Source: Acidimicrobiia bacterium
Lineage (GTDB): Bacteria > Actinomycetota > Acidimicrobiia > Spongiisociales > ZC4RG35
Direction of reading: 5' to 3'
DNA length: 64,000 bases
NCBI GenBank assembly: GCA_035706345.1
Contig: DASSVE010000163.1
Coordinates: 12,095 to 76,094 of the forward strand
The notes beneath the pieces were generated by a model that saw only the letters and a list, made by a program, of their open reading frames with translations, ran no database searches and was not told the DNA's origin. A program made the position numbers and the translations under genes. Of this stretch, positions 55,987 to 64,000 are shown one piece after another. How positions within the stretch are numbered: position 1 is the first letter of the stretch; each line of letters opens with the position of its first letter.

Positions 55987-58578
55987 ATGCTGTTGCTGGA
56001 GCGGGAGGCCCTGGTTGCTGCTCTCGACGAGCGTCTGACCGCGGCGGCATCGGGGTCAGGGTCACTGGTGCTGATCGCAGGTGAGGCCGGGGCGGGCAAG
56101 ACCTCGCTGATGCGCTCCTTCGTCTCCTCGGCGGGCGAGCGGGTGCTGGTGATCGAGGGCGCCTGCGACCCGCTCACAACCCCCCGGCCAATGAGCCCGC
56201 TGCTCGACTTCGCAGCCGATCCCGACTCGGGGCTAACGGGCATCGTTTCCGAAGGTCGGACCGGAATCGACGTGTTCGCCGAAGTCCTCGACCGGCTGAG
56301 GAACTCGATCCGTCCCATAGTGCTGTTCATAGAGGACATCCATTGGGCCGACGACGGCACGCTCGACTTCCTTCGCTACATCGGGCGACGTATCACTCAG
56401 ACCAAGTCGGTCATGGCCTGCACCTACCGGGACGACGAAGTGGGTGTGGATCACCCGCTTCGCTCGGTTCTCGGCCAACTGGTGCCACTCCCCTCCACGC
56501 ATCGCCTGACCGTTCCGCCGCTGACCCTCGATGCGGTCGCCCTCCTCGCCAAGGACCAGGCCCTGGATCCAGAGGAGCTGCTCGACCTCACCGGGGGCAA
56601 CGCCTTCTTCGTCACCGAGGTGCTGGCGACCGGCTCGGACCTGCCGGCCACGGTCCAGGATGCCGTCCTGACCCGGGTGGCAGGGCTCGGTCCCGAGACG
56701 CGCAGGGTGGTCGAATCGGTCTCGATCGCCCCCCGCTCTCTCGAGATCGACCGGGCTGCGGCACTGGCGAAGACCAGCGTCGAGAGCGCCGACGAGGCGG
56801 TCGGCGCCGGTGTGCTGCGCAGCGACGGTGTCAGCCTGGGCTTCAGGCACGAGATCGCCCGCGCCGCCGTCGAGGCGGCCATCCCGCCGGCCCGTCGTCT
56901 CCAGATGCATCGGTCGATGATCGCTCTCCTCGAGGAGGAGGGGATTCGGGACGCGGCCCGCATGGCCCATCACGCTCGTGAGGCACAAGAGCCGCATCTC
57001 ATCGCCCTCTACGCGCCCGAGGCAGGAGAGCGCGCCCTCGCCAATGGCGCGAGACGGGAGGCGGTCGAGTTCTACCGAACGGCCCTGGACCACGGAACCG
57101 GGATGGACGAGGATGCAGCCGCCGACCTCAGGGTGAAGCTGGGGAGCCAGCTCCGGATCATCGATCGGCCCGAGGAGTCGATCGAGCATCTCGACCTGGC
57201 CATAGCCCGCTACCGGGAGACGGGCGCCACCGAGAAGCTGGCCGACGCATTGGGTCTCCTCCAGGGGGCGTTGTGGAACCTGCGCCGCTTCGCGGGAGGT
57301 CAGGCTGCGATCGACGAGGCCATCGCCGCATTGGAGCCCCTCGGTCCTTCCGAGGCATTGGGCATGGCCCTCTACCGCGACGCCCACCACCAGATGCTGG
57401 CCCGCCACGCCCGCCCGGCCTTCGCGCAGATCGAACGCGCCGCCGCGATCGCCGATCGGGTCGGGTCGGAGCGGGTGGGATGGCTGGCGCAGATGATGAC
57501 TGGCACCATCCACATCGTGGTCGGCGATGCCGAAGAGGGGGCACGTCTGCTGGAACACTCGGCGCAGAGGGCCGAAGACATGGAGGACAGCCACTTCCTC
57601 TCCATTGCCCTTGGGATGTTGGGCAGTGGCGGCGGCGAGGCTCGTCTGTATCCAATCGCCATCGACGCCCTGGAGCGGGGTGTCGAACAAGGCATAGCCA
57701 CCGACGAGGACTACGGGGTCGCCTACAACCGGTCCTGGCTGGCACGAATCGCCTTCGAGCAGGGCCGGTGGGACGAGGTCTCCGAGATGACGGAGCTGGT
57801 CTACAGGAGCACCGCCCAGCGAGAAGGGATCGCCTTGCTGACGGCGATGAGCGCCCTGGGAAGGGTCAGGGTGCGACGGGGCGACCCGGGTGGGCTCTCG
57901 CTTCTCGAGGAGATGGTGGAGTTGGGAAGGGACCACGAGCTGCAGCACGCCTGGACCGCCATCTGCGGCAGGGCGGAGTATCACTGGCTCACCGGCGCCC
58001 CCGAGAAGGGTCTCGACGCCCTCGGACCGGCCTACGAGCGCGCCCTGGACACGGACAGCTCCTGGGCCCGCGGGGAGATCGGGTTCTGGATGTGGCGGGC
58101 CGGGGCCATCGACCGGCCCCCTCCTGGCGCCGCCGAGCCGTTCGCTTTGCAGATGTCCGGTGATTGGCGTGCCGCCGCCGACACCTGGAGGGCGATCGGC
58201 TGCCCCTACGAGGTGGCGATGGCGCTCGCCGACGGGGAGGTGGAGGACCAGCTGGAGGCGCTGGAGATCCTGGACGTCTTGGCGGCCCGCCCCCTTGCCG
58301 ATCGGATCAGGGCCTCGCTTCGCGACCGGGGCCATCCGGCGGTGCCGAGGGGACCAAACCGCGACACCATGTCCAACCCGGCGGGCCTGACCAACCGTCA
58401 ACTCGAGGTAGTCCGGCTCATAGCCGAAGGGCTCAGCAACGACGAGATCGCCGCCAGGCTGTTCCTGTCGAAGAAGACAGTCGAGCACCACGTCTCCGCC
58501 ATCTACTCCAAGCTGGGTGTCGAGACGCGCGCCAAAGCGGTCAAGGCCGCCGCCGAAGTCGGGGCGTTGCAGAGATAG
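55987..58578 (+). CDS. LuxR-family (LAL/MalT-like) transcriptional regulator: N-terminal AAA/NACHT-like ATPase, TPR-like middle, C-terminal LuxR HTH
   Basis: Walker A GEAGAGKTSLMR. C-terminal LTNRQLEVVRLIAEGLSNDEIAARLFLSKKTVEHHVSAIYSKLGV (LuxR/FixJ HTH). Confidence 0.85.
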   Translation: MLLLEREALVAALDERLTAAASGSGSLVLIAGEAGAGKTSLMRSFVSSAGERVLVIEGACDPLTTPRPMSPLLDFAADPDSGLTGIVSEGRTGIDVFAEVLDRLRNSIRPIVLFIEDIHWADDGTLDFLRYIGRRITQTKSVMACTYRDDEVGVDHPLRSVLGQLVPLPSTHRLTVPPLTLDAVALLAKDQALDPEELLDLTGGNAFFVTEVLATGSDLPATVQDAVLTRVAGLGPETRRVVESVSIAPRSLEIDRAAALAKTSVESADEAVGAGVLRSDGVSLGFRHEIARAAVEAAIPPARRLQMHRSMIALLEEEGIRDAARMAHHAREAQEPHLIALYAPEAGERALANGARREAVEFYRTALDHGTGMDEDAAADLRVKLGSQLRIIDRPEESIEHLDLAIARYRETGATEKLADALGLLQGALWNLRRFAGGQAAIDEAIAALEPLGPSEALGMALYRDAHHQMLARHARPAFAQIERAAAIADRVGSERVGWLAQMMTGTIHIVVGDAEEGARLLEHSAQRAEDMEDSHFLSIALGMLGSGGGEARLYPIAIDALERGVEQGIATDEDYGVAYNRSWLARIAFEQGRWDEVSEMTELVYRSTAQREGIALLTAMSALGRVRVRRGDPGGLSLLEEMVELGRDHELQHAWTAICGRAEYHWLTGAPEKGLDALGPAYERALDTDSSWARGEIGFWMWRAGAIDRPPPGAAEPFALQMSGDWRAAADTWRAIGCPYEVAMALADGEVEDQLEALEILDVLAARPLADRIRASLRDRGHPAVPRGPNRDTMSNPAGLTNRQLEVVRLIAEGLSNDEIAARLFLSKKTVEHHVSAIYSKLGVETRAKAVKAAAEVGALQR

Positions 58579-58683
58579 GGGCGGCTCCCCTCCGACATAG
58601 GGGTGCGCCCCGATGATCCGCTCCCCTTCTCTCCATACCTTCGCCCCCAGGCCGGAGATGCCGGCAGCGAAAGGAGAGAGGAA

Positions 58684-58974
58684 ATGCCTCGATACATGGT
58701 GGAAAGGGACTTCTCGCAGGGTCTGGAGATCCCGACCGATGCCGACGGGCTCAGGACATGTCTCGCCGTGGTGAACAACAACGCCACCGAGCAGGTGACC
58801 TGGATCCAGTCGTTCGTGACCGACGACCATCTGAAGACCTTCTGCATCTACGACGGCCCCTCGCCGGAGGCGATCCGCAAGGTCGCCGGGCTCAACGACC
58901 TCCCGGTGGACAAGATCTCCCAGATCAGCGTCCTCGACCCCTACTTCTACGTCAGCGCCGGGAGCCCGTCATGA
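58684..58974 (+). CDS. DUF4242-like small protein (96 aa)
   Basis: MPRYMVERDF...FCIYDGPSPEAIRKV...; GAAAGGAGAGAGG RBS. Family call from memory. Confidence 0.5.
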   Translation: MPRYMVERDFSQGLEIPTDADGLRTCLAVVNNNATEQVTWIQSFVTDDHLKTFCIYDGPSPEAIRKVAGLNDLPVDKISQISVLDPYFYVSAGSPS

Positions 58975-59543
58975 GGAGACGACTGATGGCGGCGTTGGCG
59001 GCCACCCTCCTGCTGGCAGCCTGTGCCGCCGAGGGTGAGGGCACGTCGCCGACTGTCGAAACGGGCAGCCACGGCGCCGATGCCCAAGTCGACTCGTCGA
59101 AGATCGCCGCCGCCAGTCTGGCCACCGCAGCGTTCCAGGATGTCGCGGCGGCGGAGTCGGCCGGCTACGGCTCCACGATCGACGCCCTGGGTTGTTTCGA
59201 GAGCTCCGAGGAAGGGGGGATGGGTCTCCACTATCTGAACGAGGGTCTCATGGACGACCAGGTGGACGTGACCCAGCCCGAGGCGCTGGTTTACGAGATG
59301 AACGCCGACGGCGAAATAGCCGGTCTCGTGGCGCACGAGTACATCGTCCCCGTGGACGCATGGACTTCGGAGGAGCCACCGAGCCTCTTCGGCCTCGAGT
59401 TCCACCAGCACCCGGTGCTCCCGCTGTGGGTGCTGCACGCCTGGATCTGGAAGGACAACCCGGCGGGCATGTTCAACGACTGGAACCCGAAGGTGCGCAT
59501 GTGCCCCGAGGGCGCGCCGGTGTTCGGGGTGGATCTGCCCTGA
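58971..59543 (+). CDS. Hypothetical lipoprotein (190 aa)
   Basis: MRRRLMAALAATLLLAACAAEG lipobox; ATGA coupling with the preceding gene. Confidence 0.55.
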   Translation: MRRRLMAALAATLLLAACAAEGEGTSPTVETGSHGADAQVDSSKIAAASLATAAFQDVAAAESAGYGSTIDALGCFESSEEGGMGLHYLNEGLMDDQVDVTQPEALVYEMNADGEIAGLVAHEYIVPVDAWTSEEPPSLFGLEFHQHPVLPLWVLHAWIWKDNPAGMFNDWNPKVRMCPEGAPVFGVDLP

Positions 59544-59582
59544 CCGGGGAAACCAACCGCTTGCGCACATCGTTGGGATGGT

Positions 59583-60995
59583 GTGCGCAAGCGGACACCC
59601 TCCTCTTTCGGGGCGGCCATGCGCTCCACCGTCCTCCCGGGGTGGGGTCAGATCGTCTCCGACCGCTTGCTGATCGGGAAGACCCTGGTCTTCGTCACCG
59701 GCCTGCTCGGGATCGCTCTCCTTACCGTGTTCCTGTTCGTGGAGCCCATCGAGTGGGCCGCCTGGCTGGCCGACCCCGATGTGCTCCTGCTGGTGGTGGC
59801 GGGCAACGTCGCCCTGGCCGCCATGCGCCTTTTCGCCGCCGGTCATGCCTGGGTGGTGAACGGAGGGCGGCGATGGTTCGCCGCCCTGTTCCTGGTCACG
59901 ATCGTGGCGACACCCCATGCCGCCGTCGCCTGGGTCGGGCTGGAGACGAGGGACTCCTTGATAAAGGTGTTCCCCGGGCCCGCCATCCCCGTCGCCGCCG
60001 CCGCCGGCACCACGACCACGACCACTACGGCCCCAACGACGACCACGACCCGTCTCGAGCTGGTGACCGTGGAGACGGCGCCCGGCGAGTACGGGGACGA
60101 CGAGATCGACCCGGGTGAGTTCGCGCTCTGGCGGCCGTTTGGCGATGAACGGCTCAACCTCCTGGTGTTGGGTGGTGATGCCGGGCCCCGTCGCTCCGGT
60201 CTGAGGACGGACACCATCATGGTGGCCTCGGTCGACCCGGTCAGCGGCCGAGCCGCCCTCATCGGTCTCCCCCGCAACTTCGGAGGAGTGTCCCTCACGG
60301 ACGGGACCGTGGTGCCGGTGGAGCTGCTGAACGCCGTGTACGGGTGGGGCCAGAAGCACCCGGAGCTCTTCGCCGGCCCCGATCCCGGAGCGGCGGCGAC
60401 CCGCAACGTCGTGGAGAACATCACCGGTCTCCAGATCGACTACTACATGCTGGTGGACCTCACCGGGTTCGGTGACCTGGTAGACGCCTTCGGCGGCGTC
60501 CAGCTCGAGGTGGCCAAGCCCGTGGAGGGACCGCTCTACGACCCCGAGACCGGTGGGTACGAGATGACCCGGATCGAGACGGGGAGCCAGCATCTGGACG
60601 GCGATCATGCCCTGGCGTATGCCCGGGCCCGTTACGGCTCCTCCGACTATGCGCGGATGGGTCGTCAGCGCTGCATCCTCGCCTCGATGGCCCGTCACGC
60701 CGATCCCCTGCAGCTCCTGAGAAGTCTCCCGGACCTGCTCTCTGTCATCGAGGCCAACATGAGCACCGACCTTCCCGTCGAGCTCCTCCCCGAGCTGATC
60801 AGGCTCGCCCCACGTGTCGACCCGGGGTCCGTCTCAGTGATCGGGTTCGACTCCAAATGGGGTGCAGGCCGAACCCAGGACGGCGCGGTGATCCCCGACG
60901 TGGAGCGGATCAGGGCCGCGGTCGTCTCCATGATCGAAGATCCAGGATCGGCCGAGACGTTCGGCGCCGCCACGGCGGAGGCGGCCTGCGGCTGA
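59583..60995 (+). CDS. LytR-CpsA-Psr (LCP) family cell-wall polymer transferase
   Basis: N-terminal TM region, Thr-rich linker (TTTTTTTAPTTTTT), LCP core (LNLLVLGGDAGPRRSGLRTDTIMVASVDP...YYMLVDLTGF...GDHALAYARARY). Confidence 0.82.
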   Translation: MRKRTPSSFGAAMRSTVLPGWGQIVSDRLLIGKTLVFVTGLLGIALLTVFLFVEPIEWAAWLADPDVLLLVVAGNVALAAMRLFAAGHAWVVNGGRRWFAALFLVTIVATPHAAVAWVGLETRDSLIKVFPGPAIPVAAAAGTTTTTTTAPTTTTTRLELVTVETAPGEYGDDEIDPGEFALWRPFGDERLNLLVLGGDAGPRRSGLRTDTIMVASVDPVSGRAALIGLPRNFGGVSLTDGTVVPVELLNAVYGWGQKHPELFAGPDPGAAATRNVVENITGLQIDYYMLVDLTGFGDLVDAFGGVQLEVAKPVEGPLYDPETGGYEMTRIETGSQHLDGDHALAYARARYGSSDYARMGRQRCILASMARHADPLQLLRSLPDLLSVIEANMSTDLPVELLPELIRLAPRVDPGSVSVIGFDSKWGAGRTQDGAVIPDVERIRAAVVSMIEDPGSAETFGAATAEAACG

Positions 60996-61010
60996 CCTAG
61001 CCTCCCGCCC

Positions 61011-63716
61011 GTGACCAAGACCGACGAGGCCCTACGAGCCGACATCCGACGACTGGGGAATCAGCTCGGAGAGGCCCTGGTGCGTCAGCACGGGCCGGAG
61101 CTCCTCGAATTGGTCGAAGAGGTCCGCTCGCTGGGCAAGTCGGCGCGTCGTGGCGGCAGCGCCACCGCCGCCCGCGAGCTCAACGAACGTCTGTCGGGAC
61201 TGGGCACCGGTGACGTGATCCCGGTGGTGCGGGCGTTCACCACCTACTTCTACCTGGCCAACGTGGCCGAGCAGGTGCACCGTGTCGAGGAGCTGGCGAC
61301 CGACGACCGGTATCTCCGCCAGACGGTCGACAGGGTCGTCGCCTCGGGTCTCGACCAGAAGCTCCTCGACGAGGTCCTGTCCCGCTTCGAGGTGCGGCCG
61401 GTGTTCACCGCACATCCCACCGAGGCCGCCCGCCGCAGCATCCTCACCAAACGGGGCGAGATCACAAAGCTCCTGAGCCGAAGGGCCAGCACCGAGGACG
61501 CGGACCGGATCGAGCTGATCGACCGCCGCTCCGCGGAGCTGATCGACCAGATCTGGCAGACCGACGAACTGCGCACGGAGCGCCCCACGGTGGTCGACGA
61601 GGCCCGCTCGGCTCTCTATTACCTGGTCGGGCTGGCCAACGACGTACTCCCTGAGCTCTCCGAGGTGGTGGAGACCCAGCTGCGTCGTCTCTCCCCCAGA
61701 GTGGGCACCCCGCTCCGCTTCGGTACCTGGGTCGGCGGCGACCGCGACGGCAACCCGAGCGTCACCCCGGCCACGACCATGGAGACTCTGGCCCTCCAGC
61801 ACGACCGCGGCCTGACGCTGCTGATCGCCGCCATAGAGGGCCTCAGCGAGGAGCTGTCGATGTCGGGGGAGCTCACCCACCCGAGCGACGAGTTGATGGC
61901 GTCGCTGGAGGATCATCGCAAGTCCCTTCCCGAGGTCTGGCAGCGGGAGGAGCGGCGCACCGCGGGAGCGCCCTACCGGCTGATGTGCTCCTACATCCAC
62001 GCCAAGCTCATCAACACCAGGACGCGGATCAAGAGCGGAGCGCTCCACACGCCCGGCCAGGACTATGCCCGTCCCCAGCAGCTGGCCGCCGATCTCGACC
62101 TGATGGCCGACTCGCTCAGACGGTCACGGGGAGAGCTGATCGCCGACGGTGCGGTGCGGCGGGTCCGCCGGGCCGTGGACATGCTCGGTTTTCAGATGGC
62201 GGTGCTCGACATCCGTCAGCACTCGGCCAAGCACACCGCCGCCATCACCGAGCTCTTCGACAAGGTCGGTGTGGATCTCGCCGGCGCCAACGAGGAAGAC
62301 CGGGCCAAGACACTCTCCCTCGAGCTGGTCAGCCCCCGGCCCCTCTCCGGGCCGACCACGACCCTGAGCGATGAGGCCGAGGAGACGATGGCCACCTTCA
62401 GATCGATAAGGGAGGCGCATCTCCGATACGGCAAGCAGGTGATCGAGAGCTATGTGGTGTCCATGACCGAGTCCCCGGCACACGTTCTGGAGACGGCGGT
62501 GCTGGCCCGGGAAGCGGGTCTGATCCACCTCGGCCAGGGGATCGCCGACATCGGCCTGGTGCCGCTGGTGGAGACGATCGAGGACCTACGGGGCTCGGGC
62601 GAGTTGCTCGATGCCCTGCTGGGCGATCCCCAGTACCGGAAGCTGGTCGCCCTCCGTGGCGACCATCAGGAGGTGATGCTGGGCTACTCGGACTCGAACA
62701 AGCTGGGTGGGATCACCGCCTCGCAGTGGGAGATCTACAAGGCGCAGCGGGTCATGCGCACGGTGGCCGAGCGTCACGGTGTCAGGCTGACCCTCTTCCA
62801 CGGGCGGGGCGGGACCATCGGCCGGGGGGGAGGGCCGACCCATGCAGCCATCCTGGCCCAGCCGTACGGGACCGTGGACGGCACCATCAAGATCACCGAG
62901 CAAGGTGAGGTGATCTCGGAGAAGTACGGCAACCCCGAGATCGCCGCCCGCAACCTGGAGCTGATGATCGCCTCGGTGCTGGAGAGCTCGCTGCTCCACC
63001 GCCAGTCGCGTCGCCCCAAGGAGACCCTCGACCAATGGACCGAGGCCATGGAGCTCTTTGCCTCCGCCTCCTACCGGCGGTACCGCGACTTCGTGGAAGA
63101 CCCCCGGCTGGTCCCCTACTTCCTGTCCTCCACACCGGTGGAGGAACTGGGGAAGATGAACATCGGGAGCCGGCCCTCGCGTCGTCCCGGTGGGGTCGGG
63201 GGGATCGAAGACCTGAGAGCGATTCCCTGGGTGTTCGGATGGACCCAGACCCGCCAGATCGTCCCGGGCTGGTTCGGCGTCGGGTCCGGGCTGCGACAGG
63301 CCCGGGAGGAGGGGTTCGGCGGGCTGCTCGAGGAGATGGCCGCCGAGTGGAGTTTCATGCGCACCTTCATCTCCAACGTGGAGATGACCCTCTTCAAGAC
63401 CGACCTCGACATCTCGGCCGCCTACGTCGAGGAGCTGGTCGATCCGGCCGACCGCGGCCTGCTCGATGTGATCCGGCAGGAGTACGAGACCACGATCGCC
63501 GAGGTGCTGGCCCTGCGGGGGTCGTCCGAGCTTCTGGAGGACTCCCCGATCCTCCGCCGGACGCTCTCCGTTCGCAATGTCTACCTGGACCCGATCAACT
63601 ACCTCCAGGTGTCCCTGCTCGCCCGTAGCCGTCGCGGTGAGGAGTCACCCGAGCTGGATCGAGCCCTGCTGCTGACGGTCAACGGGATCGCCGCCGGCAT
63701 GCGCAACACCGGCTGA
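61011..63716 (+). CDS. ppc: Phosphoenolpyruvate carboxylase
   Basis: 901 aa. VFTAHPTEAARRS and FHGRGGTIGRGGGP signature motifs. C-terminal ...NTG. Confidence 0.95.
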   Translation: MTKTDEALRADIRRLGNQLGEALVRQHGPELLELVEEVRSLGKSARRGGSATAARELNERLSGLGTGDVIPVVRAFTTYFYLANVAEQVHRVEELATDDRYLRQTVDRVVASGLDQKLLDEVLSRFEVRPVFTAHPTEAARRSILTKRGEITKLLSRRASTEDADRIELIDRRSAELIDQIWQTDELRTERPTVVDEARSALYYLVGLANDVLPELSEVVETQLRRLSPRVGTPLRFGTWVGGDRDGNPSVTPATTMETLALQHDRGLTLLIAAIEGLSEELSMSGELTHPSDELMASLEDHRKSLPEVWQREERRTAGAPYRLMCSYIHAKLINTRTRIKSGALHTPGQDYARPQQLAADLDLMADSLRRSRGELIADGAVRRVRRAVDMLGFQMAVLDIRQHSAKHTAAITELFDKVGVDLAGANEEDRAKTLSLELVSPRPLSGPTTTLSDEAEETMATFRSIREAHLRYGKQVIESYVVSMTESPAHVLETAVLAREAGLIHLGQGIADIGLVPLVETIEDLRGSGELLDALLGDPQYRKLVALRGDHQEVMLGYSDSNKLGGITASQWEIYKAQRVMRTVAERHGVRLTLFHGRGGTIGRGGGPTHAAILAQPYGTVDGTIKITEQGEVISEKYGNPEIAARNLELMIASVLESSLLHRQSRRPKETLDQWTEAMELFASASYRRYRDFVEDPRLVPYFLSSTPVEELGKMNIGSRPSRRPGGVGGIEDLRAIPWVFGWTQTRQIVPGWFGVGSGLRQAREEGFGGLLEEMAAEWSFMRTFISNVEMTLFKTDLDISAAYVEELVDPADRGLLDVIRQEYETTIAEVLALRGSSELLEDSPILRRTLSVRNVYLDPINYLQVSLLARSRRGEESPELDRALLLTVNGIAAGMRNTG

Positions 63717-63720
63717 AGGT

Positions 63721-64000
63721 TCAACCGAAGAGGTCGAGGGCGACGCTCCGATGGGTGTCGACCGCCTCCACCAGATACCAGAGGTAGGCGATTCCGAACA
63801 TGGCGCGTTGCCACAGACCGGCGTAGCCAGTGGTCATGGTCATGCCGATGGGGACCGCGACCGTTGCGACAAGGGCGAGGAAGTCGATCGGCTTCCACCC
63901 CGATACCCGCCGCCACCCGACCACGAGCACACCCAAGGCGAAGGCGAAACCCATCGCCGTGGCTGCGATCGAGTGCAGCGTGTCCTCCACCTGGTCGAAC
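63721..64000 (-). CDS. Hypothetical integral membrane protein, 5' end running off the window
   Basis: Three predicted TM helices; the frame stays open beyond position 64000. Confidence 0.4.
   Translation of the reverse strand, partial: FDQVEDTLHSIAATAMGFAFALGVLVVGWRRVSGWKPIDFLALVATVAVPIGMTMTTGYAGLWQRAMFGIAYLWYLVEAVDTHRSVALDLFG

Noticed and set aside
59990-60050. Thr-codon run (ACC/ACG repeats) in the LCP gene, and a similar run near 39330-39420, considered as possible tandem repeat or mobile element
   Set aside because: They are in-frame low-complexity Thr/Ser/Pro linkers of a secreted protein and a lipoprotein, not a repeat element. No flanking inverted repeats or transposase were seen.

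Overview
This 64-kb window is high-GC DNA (about 68-70% GC by eye, with GC3-rich coding) from an Actinomycetota chromosome. GTG and TTG starts and 4-nt stop/start overlaps (ATGA, GTGA) are common. Most of it is a conserved housekeeping backbone.

Backbone, minus strand 1-18412: pnp (3' partial), rpsO, ribF, truB, nrnA, rbfA, infB, nusA, rimP, proS, ispG, rseP, dxr, cdsA, frr, pyrH, tsf, rpsB. Then queG and ybaK (+). Then whiG-type sigma, xerC, dprA, comM (-). Then an FCY1-type cytosine deaminase (+). Then amt-glnK-glnD, an enoyl-CoA hydratase, an ABC-2 exporter, a yraN-like gene, a DUF2469 gene, lepB, rplS, trmD and a thiolase (all -). Then a lipoprotein (+), then rimM, a KH-domain gene, rpsP and ffh (-).

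From about 38.3 kb the content is accessory. There are VOC/glyoxalase proteins, three lipoproteins and a DUF2087 protein, followed by a form I aerobic CO dehydrogenase cluster in the unusual order coxD(MoxR)-coxE(VWA)-small ORF-coxM-coxS-coxL(AYRCSFR motif)-coxF(XdhC with C-terminal YHS domain)-coxG. Five tandem, translationally coupled small single-pass membrane paralogs follow coxG. A second, divergently arranged maturation module follows: on the minus strand XdhC - small ORF - MoxR - VWA - acidic protein - GIY-YIG-like protein, and on the plus strand a split XdhC and a CxC redoxin-fold protein. After that come a large LuxR/LAL regulator, a DUF4242 protein, a lipoprotein, an LCP-family protein, ppc and a partial membrane protein.

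No rRNA, tRNA, CRISPR or obvious transposase was found. Many long ORFs in the six-frame track are antisense or frame-shifted artefacts of the high GC content (Arg/Pro/Gly-rich) and were not called.

The most novel-looking content is:
- the five-gene small membrane-protein cassette fused to the cox operon;
- the orphan second MoxR/VWA/XdhC module with its nuclease-like and acidic tail genes;
- the CoxF-YHS fusion.

All functional assignments are from my own reading of motifs and remembered family signatures. No database search was run.
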